From a phage, in NCBI GenBank assembly GCA_038314665.1, contig GCA_038314665.1_3677.1: a DNA stretch of 64,000 nt; one strand, written 5' to 3'. Every line of letters begins with the position of its first letter. The stretch's first letter is position 1. The position numbers and the translations under genes were made by a program. The notes below the pieces were generated by a model, which was given only the letters and a program-made list of their open reading frames with translations, had not been told where the DNA came from and made no database searches. Below are positions 20,851-31,490 of the stretch, piece after piece.

Positions 20851-21897
20851 GTGATGACTAAACCAGTTATCTCTCTTGATATTTGGGCCAATCAGGATGT
20901 TGTGCTTGAAAATACGGGAGAATTGAATAAGTCCCAACCAAAAAAAGAAGAGAGACTGAAAGGTTGGGATATGACACAAAGAGTGGCATGTGAAGTTGTT
21001 AACTTTGAACTTCACATGCTTTCTGCGTGGTTAAAGCATTTAACAGAAGATGTTGTCCCAGGATGGGATAATAGATTCTTAAGGGTCACTAATAATCTGG
21101 CAGACGTTCCAGACAAAGCTGCTGCACGTCAAGTTCTCAATGTATACTCGCCTGAAGAAATGGATGACCTTTATGTTGACAAGGCTGGAGACACAATGAT
21201 CCAGACTCAAACTTTAGGTCTTCAAAGAATCGAGTTTGCATCCGCGTCAACAGACAATGCGGCGATATACACCACCATAACTTCAGACAAGACGATGATG
21301 GATTTCTGGATTATGGACAACATCGGTGGTGCTGACGGCACAGACCTTGATGATCCCTCTCACCAAATAGACGGTTTCCGTTGGAGATTTCAACCTTCTG
21401 GTGGGCAGCCTGTGTTTTCAGCTATGAAGCTCAATGCTATAACTGCCAACCGTGCAAGACTGGCTATCCAAGGAAATCTTGAATGCAACGACGCAAAAAG
21501 TTCCTCTACAAATGCCAATGCAGCTACTATACCAAGAGCCACTGTTAATGGACAACAATCCTGTGGAAGCGCTCAAATAGGTGGAAGAGTTGATTGTAAC
21601 GATGAAACCGTCAGGGGCCAATATGCAACAGTTGGTGGAAGAAACGTGGTCCGCAGGGTAAATGGTAACAGCGCAGACGGTATTGGTAACCTTACTATCC
21701 CTATGCCCAGCAGAGGGGTTGATGATGTGAGGATAGCAAACCGTTTCAAAACCACCTACAGAGAGTCAAGAGTCTACCCTGGACATGTGATGTGCTCGGG
21801 TAACTACGCTTATAAACACCCTTATCAAGGTGATTACTGGACAGGTGCTATCCAAAAACTTGTAAATGGTCAATGGATCACTATATCTTATGCTTAA
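20851..21897 (+). CDS. tail fibre protein, paralog 2
   Basis: 348 aa; shares N-terminal (P..S/PL.IWA..D.VL.NT..KGWD..Q) and C-terminal (KLVNGQWITISYA) blocks with 18799..19839. Confidence 0.55.
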   Translation: MMTKPVISLDIWANQDVVLENTGELNKSQPKKEERLKGWDMTQRVACEVVNFELHMLSAWLKHLTEDVVPGWDNRFLRVTNNLADVPDKAAARQVLNVYSPEEMDDLYVDKAGDTMIQTQTLGLQRIEFASASTDNAAIYTTITSDKTMMDFWIMDNIGGADGTDLDDPSHQIDGFRWRFQPSGGQPVFSAMKLNAITANRARLAIQGNLECNDAKSSSTNANAATIPRATVNGQQSCGSAQIGGRVDCNDETVRGQYATVGGRNVVRRVNGNSADGIGNLTIPMPSRGVDDVRIANRFKTTYRESRVYPGHVMCSGNYAYKHPYQGDYWTGAIQKLVNGQWITISYA

Positions 21898-21908
21898 AAA
21901 GAGGGTAA

Positions 21909-22175
21909 ATGAAACTAACTCAGTTTTTATGGGGACTGGTTGCGGCATCTGATGACCCTACGAAAGTGTCCCAATCTAAGCTATGGTCAAACATAGGTAT
22001 GGCGGTGATGACTGGGGTGTTTATTCATATGGGGTATAATGATACGCTTCCTGAATGGTATGCGTGGATATATGCGCCTTCGGTAGCTTGCCCCCAGCTT
22101 ATTAGCAAATTCATCTCGCTCCGGTGGGGTTGCCAGCACCCTGACCACGTTAAAAACGAAGAGCAAAAAGCTTAA
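21909..22175 (+). CDS. small hydrophobic protein, unknown function
   Basis: 88-aa ORF with hydrophobic stretches directly after fibre paralog 2. Confidence 0.3.
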   Translation: MKLTQFLWGLVAASDDPTKVSQSKLWSNIGMAVMTGVFIHMGYNDTLPEWYAWIYAPSVACPQLISKFISLRWGCQHPDHVKNEEQKA

Positions 22176-22184
22176 GGAGAAATC

Positions 22185-23930
22185 ATGGCGCAAGACATGA
22201 CAAGCTTTGAGCAGGCGGTAGATCAAGTAATTGTTGATTCTGAACGTTTGCACTTGATTGTCAACGGTAACGCTGTGGATGAAGTTGTCGTAGAGGATGG
22301 GACCACCATCCCTACGGTACGAAAAGCCATGCTTGACACCCTTTATTTTAAAACGCCACCAATCCCTTGGGCGTATGGTGCATCCACAACAGTTTTTAAC
22401 CAGTTGTATGAGTTTAAAGGGGATACAGGCACTCAGTGGTGGTACGCTCCAGCAGCATCAAAATCTAACCCGGTTAGGATGCCAGCAGATCCTTCACAAT
22501 CTCCGAACTGGAGATTATATACCGATTCTGCAGTAATGGCAAAATACTACGCAAAACTTAACAGTCCAAGGTTCGAAGGTGACCCGAGAGCACCTACACC
22601 TCCAATGGACGATAAGTCTGAGTCTATAGCAAACACAGAGTTTGTTGTTGACTATGTTGATAGTATATTTAAAGCCATGGAGGGGATGAAAGTTACTGTA
22701 GGATCTTTGGTGGTAAAAGGTCTTACAGAACTCGCTAACACCATAGTTGGTGGTACCCTTACCTTACATGGACCTGTTAATGGGGCAGATTCTACTGCAC
22801 GCTTTAGGAATCTAATCCTTACGGCAAATACTTCTACACTTACTTTTGCGTGGAGCGATCCTAAGCATGCAGACTGGAGGAGTACAGAGCTGCAACCTCA
22901 TGAAGTGTCCACCCACAGGGTTATAGCCGACACTATAACTTCTGGGAAACCAGTGGCTAATAACAACGATGTACATTTTGATGGTCTTGGTAATAACTTT
23001 TTTGACTACGTGTACATTCGTGGTAATGCCATGAAGGCAGCAACCGAACCGACATTGCAGGTCGATGGGACCACCAGGGTTAAGAACCTTGAGGTGACAG
23101 GTACCGTTACAGGGATAACCTACTCTGTCGATGGCACCATGATCTACCCTAGCTATATCGAAAGCACGGGTGATGCATTGATAAATGGCGATTTGGAGGT
23201 TGGCGGGTCTGTAGTTATTCGAGGAACAGCCTCTATCCAAAATATAGCTCTGAATACTCTAAGAGTCAATGAGCGTGCAACTTTTGAAGGGGAAGGGCTT
23301 ACAGCTAATAAAGGTACAATTACCGAGCTGACAACCACCACTTTAACTGCAACAACTGCAAACTCTGAAAACTGCAACGTTACCAGAAACTTGCAGGTAA
23401 ATGGAGATGTTAGTTTAAACGCAGCAGGGACGGGCACCACCTACCTTCACAATCTTGAAATATCCGGCACAGTGACCGGATGGCTGCCAGACTTCTCTAA
23501 TGTCAATTTTGTCTGTAATGGCATTAACTCCAGTGGTAAGATAACCACCTCTCAAGAAATTGAGGCTGGTAAAACCATCACTGCACCTACTTTCCACGCA
23601 GGGAAGGTAGATTTCGATTTAGAGGAGGTTGACGCGTCCAGTGGGACATGGACACCTAACGGGCAGGCCAGTATGTATGTTGTCCACGCGAAAGGGGATT
23701 TTACAATAGGGCAGTGGCCTGGGACATCAGCGGAAGATAAACCTTATCCATTCACTGCGGTTATCTATGTAATTCAGGATGCTGTAGGTCACAACGTGAC
23801 TTTGCACGATAAGTATGCTATCCTGTCGGCAACACCTGTTATTAACAACAAGGCTAACAGTGTTACCTTGCTGCAATTAACGTATTGTGGTGTTGGTGAT
23901 ATCGTAGATGTAGTAATTGCACAACGTTAA
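22185..23930 (+). CDS. tail fibre/tailspike protein
   Basis: 581 aa; RBS AAGGAGA; Thr/Gly/Asn-rich repetitive beta-rich composition typical of fibres. Confidence 0.5.
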   Translation: MAQDMTSFEQAVDQVIVDSERLHLIVNGNAVDEVVVEDGTTIPTVRKAMLDTLYFKTPPIPWAYGASTTVFNQLYEFKGDTGTQWWYAPAASKSNPVRMPADPSQSPNWRLYTDSAVMAKYYAKLNSPRFEGDPRAPTPPMDDKSESIANTEFVVDYVDSIFKAMEGMKVTVGSLVVKGLTELANTIVGGTLTLHGPVNGADSTARFRNLILTANTSTLTFAWSDPKHADWRSTELQPHEVSTHRVIADTITSGKPVANNNDVHFDGLGNNFFDYVYIRGNAMKAATEPTLQVDGTTRVKNLEVTGTVTGITYSVDGTMIYPSYIESTGDALINGDLEVGGSVVIRGTASIQNIALNTLRVNERATFEGEGLTANKGTITELTTTTLTATTANSENCNVTRNLQVNGDVSLNAAGTGTTYLHNLEISGTVTGWLPDFSNVNFVCNGINSSGKITTSQEIEAGKTITAPTFHAGKVDFDLEEVDASSGTWTPNGQASMYVVHAKGDFTIGQWPGTSAEDKPYPFTAVIYVIQDAVGHNVTLHDKYAILSATPVINNKANSVTLLQLTYCGVGDIVDVVIAQR

Positions 23931-23937
23931 TATATCT

Positions 23938-23965
23938 AACCGCTCCTGACGGGGCGGTTTTCTTA
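23938..23965 (+). terminator. rho-independent terminator
   Basis: ccgctcc-tgac-ggggcgg hairpin followed by ttttcttatc, 8 nt after stop. Confidence 0.55.
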
Positions 23966-23978
23966 TCTGGAGAACACA

Positions 23979-26900
23979 ATGCTTCCAATCCCTTTGCTAA
24001 AACTTGGTCGTCATTTCCTCGATAAGAGGGGTGGAATTAAGGAACTTGCTGTTCTGTCATACCCAATAGACAACAGTGATGGTACAAGCAATACAGTATC
24101 CTATGTAAATAGCTTAGCTATACTTTTTGATGATGGTCAGCTTAATATTACTGGCTATAATAGGTTCGGAGAGTGTCGGACTGGAGATCTTGATACAATA
24201 AACTATCCTAATGAGGCAGCTTGGAACGTAGACCATGTTTGGAGAGCTGACCGTGCATTTGTAATCCGCACATTCGATAATAAATTTTTCTATATTGGTT
24301 GCACAGCTGGTCTTATCGGATCTGAGGCAGCAGGTGGAAACGATGTTTGTGTCAGGGAGTGGACACCTTTGCCGGAACAGATCGTAACAGGGTTGCATTT
24401 GGACACCCATCCTGAGAGACTTGTTGAAGTAATGGGTGGCGTAAACAATACAGTGTGGGTAATTGCCGCACCGGAGGCTGATGGTATGCTTCACCTGTAC
24501 GGCTCTGGCAATAATACTTACGGCTCTCTTCATGTTGACAAAAATCAACACGCTACTCCAGTTAAGATTGGTGAAACATCTGAAAGTCCAGAGACAGGTC
24601 CTTGGAAAAATCCAAGAATTAATTGTGAAGTTCATGACAACTCGGTTATTTTTGGTGGTCCTAACGGATTCTGGATTGCAGGTTACGATTTCTTAAGAAA
24701 TAACAGCAAAAACGCACTAGTTTATCCAGCCGAGCATGTGACTCTTGACCAGTTTAAAGGCATCCCGGTAGGCGAGACATGGAAAGGGTTCATGTGTGGA
24801 CCTAATGGTGCAATTATAGCCACAGAAAGGATGCACAAACCTGATGACCAACAGCTTGTTAATGTGTTTTATGGTCAGGATGTTTGGGGTGACGACACGT
24901 GGAGAAGCCTTAACATCACCTATACCCATGAAGTAATTATGTCTCGCGGGTACGGGACTAGTGGAATTTTCTTCAATAATGGTACAAAACAGTACCGTGG
25001 TTTCTCCAGAAACCTGTGTAACGATATTGGTGCTCAATCTGCTAATAATAATCCTAGGGCCAATTTTATTCATTACAGAGCGCTGGCAACAGCTAAGTTT
25101 GTTGAACAGACAGAGCCAGTAAGCTGGACAGAAAGCGTTTATTTTCAAGGGATCCACAGGGAAGGTTTCTTAGGCACATTTTGTGTGGTAAATGGAAAGC
25201 TTTGGTGGTCAGGAATACCACGTGGTAGTTTTTCAGGATCTAATAACCTCTTTGGCGGCAGACTTAACAGCCAAGGGTTCACAGAGATTCCGGAGAATTG
25301 GTATAAAAATGTCCCGGTAGATAGCTGGGGTATCGAAGACATCTTTGATGTCAATGGTGTAAGCAATGCTAGCAACATTTACATTGGAGATACTGTCAAG
25401 ATGAAATTGAAACCTCAGCCGGAGGGTGCTACGTTCATTATTGACAAGATTGAGTTGGTAAATGCTGCAGGCACTGTTGTTACAGATGCAAACTATCAGT
25501 TTTCCACTAACTGGAACCATGGTGGTGCTAACGAAGTTGTGGTTACCCAGTATAACCGTAACATCAACAGACGTGGTTTGTATTCTATCAAGATCACCTA
25601 CCATGACAAGCATGGCACTGGAAGAACCTATACGACAAGGACTTTGAACTGGAACACTATAGTTCCTGCGTATCCGTCCGACGGCAAGTGGCATACCGTT
25701 GGTAGAAACAAGCAGTTCCATATTAACGATACTGTATACTTTGGGCTGAATGGGACCCAGCCTGCAGTAGAAGGGGATACATCGTATATGGTCAGACTCC
25801 ACAGAATGGATGCTGGATCGGTCACTTATGATGTGACCCAAGAGATCTACGATCAAAGACGCGCCACGTATGACAATATTGTGAAAACACAAGCCTTGTG
25901 GGAGTTCAATCCTAATGGCAAGGGTGGTAAAATGTTGCAGGTTAATGAGCAGAACGGAACGTCGTTGACTGTTCACGAACACCCAGATCCTTGGCCTGAC
26001 CCTGGAAAACCTCACCCTGGAGCTCGTACGCTGAAAGTTGTCAGCCATGATGCAGGATATTTCGGAATACGCTGGGAAGCCACAGTAAGATATGCCGACG
26101 GGACAACAAACAACATAGGGATCACCCTTGGTGGCACTAGTGAAGATAACTCACTGAAAATTGCCTATACCCCTAGAGGCATCTCTATTGATAATATGGA
26201 TGTTGTTCGCAACGGTTACGGCGATGTAAATGTCAAAGTTACTCTTGGTGAACATCTCGGTGGGGAAAGGATCATCATGTATGCCTTTGATCATGATCCT
26301 CGCACCAACGGAACCTATGCAAATCAGGCGTGGAGTTACCTGATAAATGCACCTGAGCCGAATACTAAAGAGTTTTATTACGGTATGAAGCGGGATGTGT
26401 GCAAGAAAACAGGGACACATGATTGGATTGCTATCTGCGTTAAAGATGAACGAACCGCTTGGGACGAGCCTGTTAACCGATGGTTCATAGGGATTCCCAC
26501 CAGAAGTGATAAGTATGTCGCAGAATATATTGTGTGCATGGGCGGCACCAACCTGAACTTGTGTTGGAACGAGGATGCAAATAAATACTCTGATTATGAC
26601 TATATGAGGGATATCTCTTGCAATCAGTGGTTTAGCCAATCAACAGGTTACCCTCCAAGACAGGCGAGAGTAAACCCTGCAATCTTCACAGACACGCAGG
26701 TTTTCTTGACAAAACAGGCCAACGAGGTTCAGACCTTCAAGAATAAATACGATCCTAACAAGTGGTTCTACAACTGTTACGGCGCATTTTTCTGGGGACC
26801 TGGTGAGTTACCTGGTGGAGGATCTTGCTTGAATGAGGCAACTTACGCCAGTGACTACATCATGGGGCAGGTCAAGAAGTATAAGATAATCCCCGGTCCT

Positions 26901-29606
26901 GAGACTTTGGGCAATGCCGTTGACCCTTATATCATCATGACTGCACTGAGATCAAACATGGATGGGACATCCATGTCCATGCAAATTCCGGTAACAAACG
27001 GATACAAACGTGTTGTGATGATCATTAAGTGCGACCTGATAGGTAAACAAGTTCTTGCAGAAAACGGGACATCCACACATCCTTTTGAGATCGCTCTACA
27101 CTATCAGTTTGCTGACTCACCTTTTGCAGGGGATAAGAGAATATCTGATACAGACGCACAGCGTTGTAAGAAAGTATTGTTGGGTGCAGGTTGGTGGTGG
27201 TATGAGTTTGATTTAACAGATAAATTCACCGACACGTCTAAAGTTGTAACAGGACTTCGTCTAGACCTTGGCGAGAACATGCACAAAGCTGTTTGTGATG
27301 GCACCTATGGTGACCCTACAATATACCTAAAATATGTTTCTTTTGAGCATCCGGAAGATGTTGTCTACGGTCCAAAACTGAGATTGTTTGGCAGCTGGAT
27401 TGCAAAAGATAGGGTAGGTATGGGTAAGAAGGTAAGAGGGTTCTTGGTTGATGCAGGAACAGAAGACATGCTGGTTAATGCAGTATGGCCTGAATTACCT
27501 GGGACTCAGTGGGACAACTCAGCCAAATCTGTAAACTGGTTTAACATTCATAGGGCCATGTGGACCACTAACTGCTACTTGTGGAGAGAGCTTAACGATC
27601 AGGCCTTTGGCTTCAGCGATGGTAGAAGGATGGCGATCATTTGCTGGACAACACTGCAAAGATGTTATGACCATAACTATGAGATTGGAGGCAGGGAATG
27701 GAAAAATATCAGGGACAGAATCATAACCAATTTTGCAGACGACAACGGTGGCGGAGCACATAACTTTGGCACAAGCCGACTCATCCATTTGAACGGATCC
27801 TCAGCCTACAAGAAAGAAGGATACTCTGGGTCCATGATTGAGTGGGGTCTGGTAAAAGATGCTCGTGTGTTGATGGGTCAGCAACTTGCTGCTGCAATAG
27901 GGCCGAACGCAGTACAATCTGTTAAACCAGCGTGGTTCGATATCCCATTATGGTCATCTGGAACACCAGGAACTGCTGCAATCAACCCTACCACTGGGGA
28001 TTTGGAAATCTCCTGGGAAGACTTGAAGCAGGTCGGTGGTTGGGACAAAACAGGGTATCAGGTTCAGTGGTGGAGAGCTGACGGATCTTTAGCCGCTGAT
28101 GAGTTTGTTAAGGACAATTTCTACACCATGTCCTCTGCAAAAGCACAGGAATTGTTCGGTCAGGCAACTCCGTCAACGATCACCATGTCTATGTGCTGTA
28201 AAGACAACAGGACTGGAGCTTTGGGGCCAAGGGTTGCTAAGGTTTTCTCAGGTATTAAATGGAATCCCTCTGTTCAAAGTGTTTCATGGAAGCAAATAGG
28301 TGATAACAAGCTGCTAGTTACCCCCGCCTGTCAGTTCAACGCAACTCTTAACGTTGATCCTGCTGCTGCGGCAAACTCAGCTAAAGCTTCTGACTTCTCT
28401 GTGTCTAACACTGCTATGGCAGATGTGAGGAAGATTGACACGCTGAACGCCAGAATTACCTGTAAAAACACTTATGGCACATTCCAGATCATCAACAACT
28501 TCACAGATGCTGATTCTAAGGTAGTGAGGACAGCAAGCCAGACTCTGAGTTTAGGAACTCTGGCCTATGCAGCCCTGATCACTGAACAGTCGGCAACACT
28601 CCAAGGAGGTGGTGTAGGCAAGTCTATTACAACACCTGTGTGGAAGCCAAATGAGTGGGTTGTGTTTGATTTGACTGTGGACTTCTCTAGTGATAATAAC
28701 TGGACATGGGTAAGGGATTGCTTGTCACAACTGATGGGTGGTCCAAGCTCCGTTAGTGATAGCCACGACTCCACTGACCCGAGTGTGTTTCAGGTGGGTA
28801 AAACTCACCCGGAGACTGGAGCAACTTTGCCTGACAGGAAGTATGCTTTGGTTTGCATCTCTAACGGCAAGGCAGATGTCACATTCTCAGGAACACACAC
28901 TTATAACGGTACATATAACTTCTCAAGGAAGTATAGTCTTAAGGCAGGGAACATTATAGATGAGGTTGGTCCGTTATATAACCCTGGTAACGGTATAGGT
29001 ATTGTTGGCGGTTGGTTGCAAATGCAAGAGCCATCCATAACACCTTCTAATGTTCCTGGCATTATCAAAAAGTGGAAGAGTAATAACGAAACTGTTGCAA
29101 CAGTCGATCCTAAGACTGGCAAGGTGACTTTTAAAGCACCCGGTAACGTAGAGATTACCTTCATGGTTATTGACGATGCAGGAACAAAAAGGTCAACAAC
29201 GTCATTTACTGTTAAACAGATGACCCCTCAGTGGTTTATTTGGGAAGGAAATCCTCTTGACGGGGCCTACCCTAGACCTTCAGGAACGTCTAATATGAGG
29301 GTATTTACTGGTCCGGTCATGGACAATCCGACCACAACCACCAACCCTGCATTTTTTGGTGCTTACATACCTGAAATTATTGGCCTACCAAGGAACCAGA
29401 TACAACTGCTTTTAGGAACAGGTGTTGATGGTCTGGCTACTTTTGGGTACAGTGACAACATTGATGCAGCCAGAAGCTCTGGTTGGATTGGATTTAAGTT
29501 CCAGTGGAACCCTGGTGGTAGAACATTAGGCCTCGCAAGTATAGGTGTTATGCTGCCTGGCAACCAGCAATACCATCTCGAAGCTTATACAAACTTCCCT
29601 AGTTAA
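23979..29606 (+). CDS. giant virion-associated protein with Ig-like (Big_2-type) domain
   Basis: 1875 aa; C-terminal segment GIIKKWKSNNETVATVDPKTGKVTFKAPGNVEITFMVIDDAGTKRSTTSFTVKQ resembles bacterial Ig-like group 2 fold; N-terminal repeat-like LFDDGQL..TGYNRFGECRTGD. Confidence 0.5.
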   Translation: MLPIPLLKLGRHFLDKRGGIKELAVLSYPIDNSDGTSNTVSYVNSLAILFDDGQLNITGYNRFGECRTGDLDTINYPNEAAWNVDHVWRADRAFVIRTFDNKFFYIGCTAGLIGSEAAGGNDVCVREWTPLPEQIVTGLHLDTHPERLVEVMGGVNNTVWVIAAPEADGMLHLYGSGNNTYGSLHVDKNQHATPVKIGETSESPETGPWKNPRINCEVHDNSVIFGGPNGFWIAGYDFLRNNSKNALVYPAEHVTLDQFKGIPVGETWKGFMCGPNGAIIATERMHKPDDQQLVNVFYGQDVWGDDTWRSLNITYTHEVIMSRGYGTSGIFFNNGTKQYRGFSRNLCNDIGAQSANNNPRANFIHYRALATAKFVEQTEPVSWTESVYFQGIHREGFLGTFCVVNGKLWWSGIPRGSFSGSNNLFGGRLNSQGFTEIPENWYKNVPVDSWGIEDIFDVNGVSNASNIYIGDTVKMKLKPQPEGATFIIDKIELVNAAGTVVTDANYQFSTNWNHGGANEVVVTQYNRNINRRGLYSIKITYHDKHGTGRTYTTRTLNWNTIVPAYPSDGKWHTVGRNKQFHINDTVYFGLNGTQPAVEGDTSYMVRLHRMDAGSVTYDVTQEIYDQRRATYDNIVKTQALWEFNPNGKGGKMLQVNEQNGTSLTVHEHPDPWPDPGKPHPGARTLKVVSHDAGYFGIRWEATVRYADGTTNNIGITLGGTSEDNSLKIAYTPRGISIDNMDVVRNGYGDVNVKVTLGEHLGGERIIMYAFDHDPRTNGTYANQAWSYLINAPEPNTKEFYYGMKRDVCKKTGTHDWIAICVKDERTAWDEPVNRWFIGIPTRSDKYVAEYIVCMGGTNLNLCWNEDANKYSDYDYMRDISCNQWFSQSTGYPPRQARVNPAIFTDTQVFLTKQANEVQTFKNKYDPNKWFYNCYGAFFWGPGELPGGGSCLNEATYASDYIMGQVKKYKIIPGPETLGNAVDPYIIMTALRSNMDGTSMSMQIPVTNGYKRVVMIIKCDLIGKQVLAENGTSTHPFEIALHYQFADSPFAGDKRISDTDAQRCKKVLLGAGWWWYEFDLTDKFTDTSKVVTGLRLDLGENMHKAVCDGTYGDPTIYLKYVSFEHPEDVVYGPKLRLFGSWIAKDRVGMGKKVRGFLVDAGTEDMLVNAVWPELPGTQWDNSAKSVNWFNIHRAMWTTNCYLWRELNDQAFGFSDGRRMAIICWTTLQRCYDHNYEIGGREWKNIRDRIITNFADDNGGGAHNFGTSRLIHLNGSSAYKKEGYSGSMIEWGLVKDARVLMGQQLAAAIGPNAVQSVKPAWFDIPLWSSGTPGTAAINPTTGDLEISWEDLKQVGGWDKTGYQVQWWRADGSLAADEFVKDNFYTMSSAKAQELFGQATPSTITMSMCCKDNRTGALGPRVAKVFSGIKWNPSVQSVSWKQIGDNKLLVTPACQFNATLNVDPAAAANSAKASDFSVSNTAMADVRKIDTLNARITCKNTYGTFQIINNFTDADSKVVRTASQTLSLGTLAYAALITEQSATLQGGGVGKSITTPVWKPNEWVVFDLTVDFSSDNNWTWVRDCLSQLMGGPSSVSDSHDSTDPSVFQVGKTHPETGATLPDRKYALVCISNGKADVTFSGTHTYNGTYNFSRKYSLKAGNIIDEVGPLYNPGNGIGIVGGWLQMQEPSITPSNVPGIIKKWKSNNETVATVDPKTGKVTFKAPGNVEITFMVIDDAGTKRSTTSFTVKQMTPQWFIWEGNPLDGAYPRPSGTSNMRVFTGPVMDNPTTTTNPAFFGAYIPEIIGLPRNQIQLLLGTGVDGLATFGYSDNIDAARSSGWIGFKFQWNPGGRTLGLASIGVMLPGNQQYHLEAYTNFPS

Positions 29607-29619
29607 CAGGAGGCAAATA

Positions 29620-29649
29620 AAAAAGGGGCCGTTTGGCCCCTTTCTTTTT
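29620..29649. terminator. bidirectional rho-independent terminator between convergent genes
   Basis: aaaaa-ggggcc-gttt-ggcccc-tttcttttt between + stop 29606 and - stop 29654; A-tract upstream and T-tract downstream. Confidence 0.6.
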
Positions 29650-29653
29650 ATAA

Positions 29654-29854
29654 TTAGTAATATTCCCAACACGACCCATCTTCAGACGGCTGGACACGCC
29701 TACCTTCATGATCGACATAGGTGTAACCACAGCCTTCACAGATAACAGGTGCCGCGTAACCTTCCTTCCACTGGTCTTCTGTGATCAGTCCTTTCAGATC
29801 TCCGCAGTCACGACCAAACAACTCTTCAGAACAATCTTTGCAAAAATCAGCCAT
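29654..29854 (-). CDS. small zinc-ribbon protein, unknown function
   Basis: 66 aa with CxxC..C..CxxC cysteine pairs. Confidence 0.4.
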   Translation of the reverse strand: MADFCKDCSEELFGRDCGDLKGLITEDQWKEGYAAPVICEGCGYTYVDHEGRRVQPSEDGSCWEYY

Positions 29855-29857
29855 TTC

Positions 29858-30304
29858 TCAGTCCTCGCATTTAACAAATTTTTCTACAGATCCACCAAGC
29901 ACAGCTTGCTGTTTTATGGCACTTTCTTCATCATAGTGGATAGACTTATGTTCCGTACCTCCAAACTTACCTGTGTGGAAGGTGTGCACCCAAATCTCTT
30001 TAGGAAGGGATTTATTCTCTTCCTCCACCAACTCCCACATACCCCACAAGTGATCTGTGATATCTTTGATGAAATATCCCTCTCCTAGGTTTGTATTCAC
30101 ACTATAGGCCGATTCGTGATTTCCGCAAATATAACGGAAGGCAGTGTACTCTTTTCCTGGTGTGAAGTGGGTATCCATTAGTATAGCTGTTAAAGAATAA
30201 GGGTCTCGAAAGCCCAAGAACTTTAGTTTAACAATTTCGACATTTACATCTGCAAGATTGTCCATGACGATCTCCTCTGTTTGGTTGGTGAGATAATCAT
30301 ACAT
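29858..30304 (-). CDS. hypothetical protein with phosphoesterase-like His motifs
   Basis: 148 aa; H46-F-T, isolated GNHE and VHTFHTG motifs; family not assignable by eye. Confidence 0.35.
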   Translation of the reverse strand: MYDYLTNQTEEIVMDNLADVNVEIVKLKFLGFRDPYSLTAILMDTHFTPGKEYTAFRYICGNHESAYSVNTNLGEGYFIKDITDHLWGMWELVEEENKSLPKEIWVHTFHTGKFGGTEHKSIHYDEESAIKQQAVLGGSVEKFVKCED

Positions 30305-30429
30305 AGATCTGATGTTAGGGTCAAGCTTAATTTTAAACTATTTTGGAGAGGTATTTTGTTCAGGAGGGTAATCACATAGGATAGGGCAATTTATGAAGGC
30401 ACAGGCCTCTTTTGAGGCCTTAAAATCGA

Positions 30430-30813
30430 TTATGACACTTTGACGTAGCGCTCCGACAGAGCTGGAAAGCCAAAAGCAGTACCTATACTACCGTATGCTA
30501 CCCACCATTGAAGTTCATCGTGACACCATTTTCCGATCAGGAAGGTGCTGGGGTAGCGGGTCAGTATTTTGGCATAAGCTTTAGGGTCTGCATCCTCTGG
30601 GATAATGATGCTTGGAACATCTTTGTTATGACCGCAGCAGCAGTTTAGAGTTTTCAGTCCTGCCGCCCATAGACTTATGATAGGCTTAGCCATGCACTTA
30701 TCAAGGCACACACGTTTTTTGCCGTCTCGAAGTTTTTTAGGCACATCAACGATAACATTTGGATGCTTGGCACCTTTCACTTTCCAATTATAGGATTTAC
30801 ACTTGCACATCAT
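30430..30813 (-). CDS. Cys-rich hypothetical protein
   Basis: 127 aa starting MMCKCK, contains CCCGHN cluster. Confidence 0.4.
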   Translation of the reverse strand: MMCKCKSYNWKVKGAKHPNVIVDVPKKLRDGKKRVCLDKCMAKPIISLWAAGLKTLNCCCGHNKDVPSIIIPEDADPKAYAKILTRYPSTFLIGKWCHDELQWWVAYGSIGTAFGFPALSERYVKVS

Positions 30814-31019
30814 TTAATCAGTCTCCATCTAGAAAGCAATACTTTACTTAAAATCTTTGTCACCTATTACGATTGCACGAATCCACTCATTGTGATGTTT
30901 AATGGCGGTAAGGTGCAACATAATGCAGCGATTGTCATTACTAAACACGGTACGGTAAGCTTTAGCAGCACCATGATATAACTTCCACATCAGGTAATGA
31001 TATCTTCGCCTCATAGCTC

Positions 31020-31490
31020 TTACTCCGGTTCAGGATCTGGGTAATCTTCAATAATAAAGGGCCATCCGTTCCGCTTAGCCTCCGACTTATACTCAATCTC
31101 CTTCATTGCAAACTCTAACTGATTCTTAGCCGGAATACATGCCGGAGAATCATCAATCCAGATATCTGGGTAGATATCAAACTGCGCCAGATAGGCTGCC
31201 TTCTGAATACCCCCAGTATAAAACACTCCAACATCAAGCTCCTTGCGCCAATATTCAATGTCCACGTTGTCTTGAGTGATGAACCGAGAAGTCACAAGAT
31301 AGACTGTCCACCCTTCCTTCTTCAGGTCCTTAATCAGACGGGAGAAGATGAAAGGGCTCGCATTAAACGTTCCATCAAAGTCAATGGCAATGATATGTGT
31401 GCCGTGGCGAGTCTCATATGGATTGCTCGTGGTAAGATTGCTATAGTTAAAAGGTACTTCTTCCCCGCAGTAGCTATAGTCCATATTCAC
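31020..31490 (-). CDS. HAD-superfamily phosphatase (possible nucleotidase)
   Basis: 156 aa; motif I IAIDFDGT, motif II LVTSR, downstream IWIDDSP acidic motif. Confidence 0.5.
   Translation of the reverse strand: MNMDYSYCGEEVPFNYSNLTTSNPYETRHGTHIIAIDFDGTFNASPFIFSRLIKDLKKEGWTVYLVTSRFITQDNVDIEYWRKELDVGVFYTGGIQKAAYLAQFDIYPDIWIDDSPACIPAKNQLEFAMKEIEYKSEAKRNGWPFIIEDYPDPEPE

Noticed and set aside
30403-30420. Perfect hairpin aggcctc-tttt-gaggcct as an intrinsic terminator
   Set aside because: Not followed by a U-tract on either strand; may be an RNA stability element, not called as a terminator.
30763-30981. 72-aa plus-strand ORF in the gap between minus-strand genes 30430..30813 and 31020..31490
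   Set aside because: Overlaps the 5' end of a minus-strand gene, no RBS, opposite to local gene orientation.
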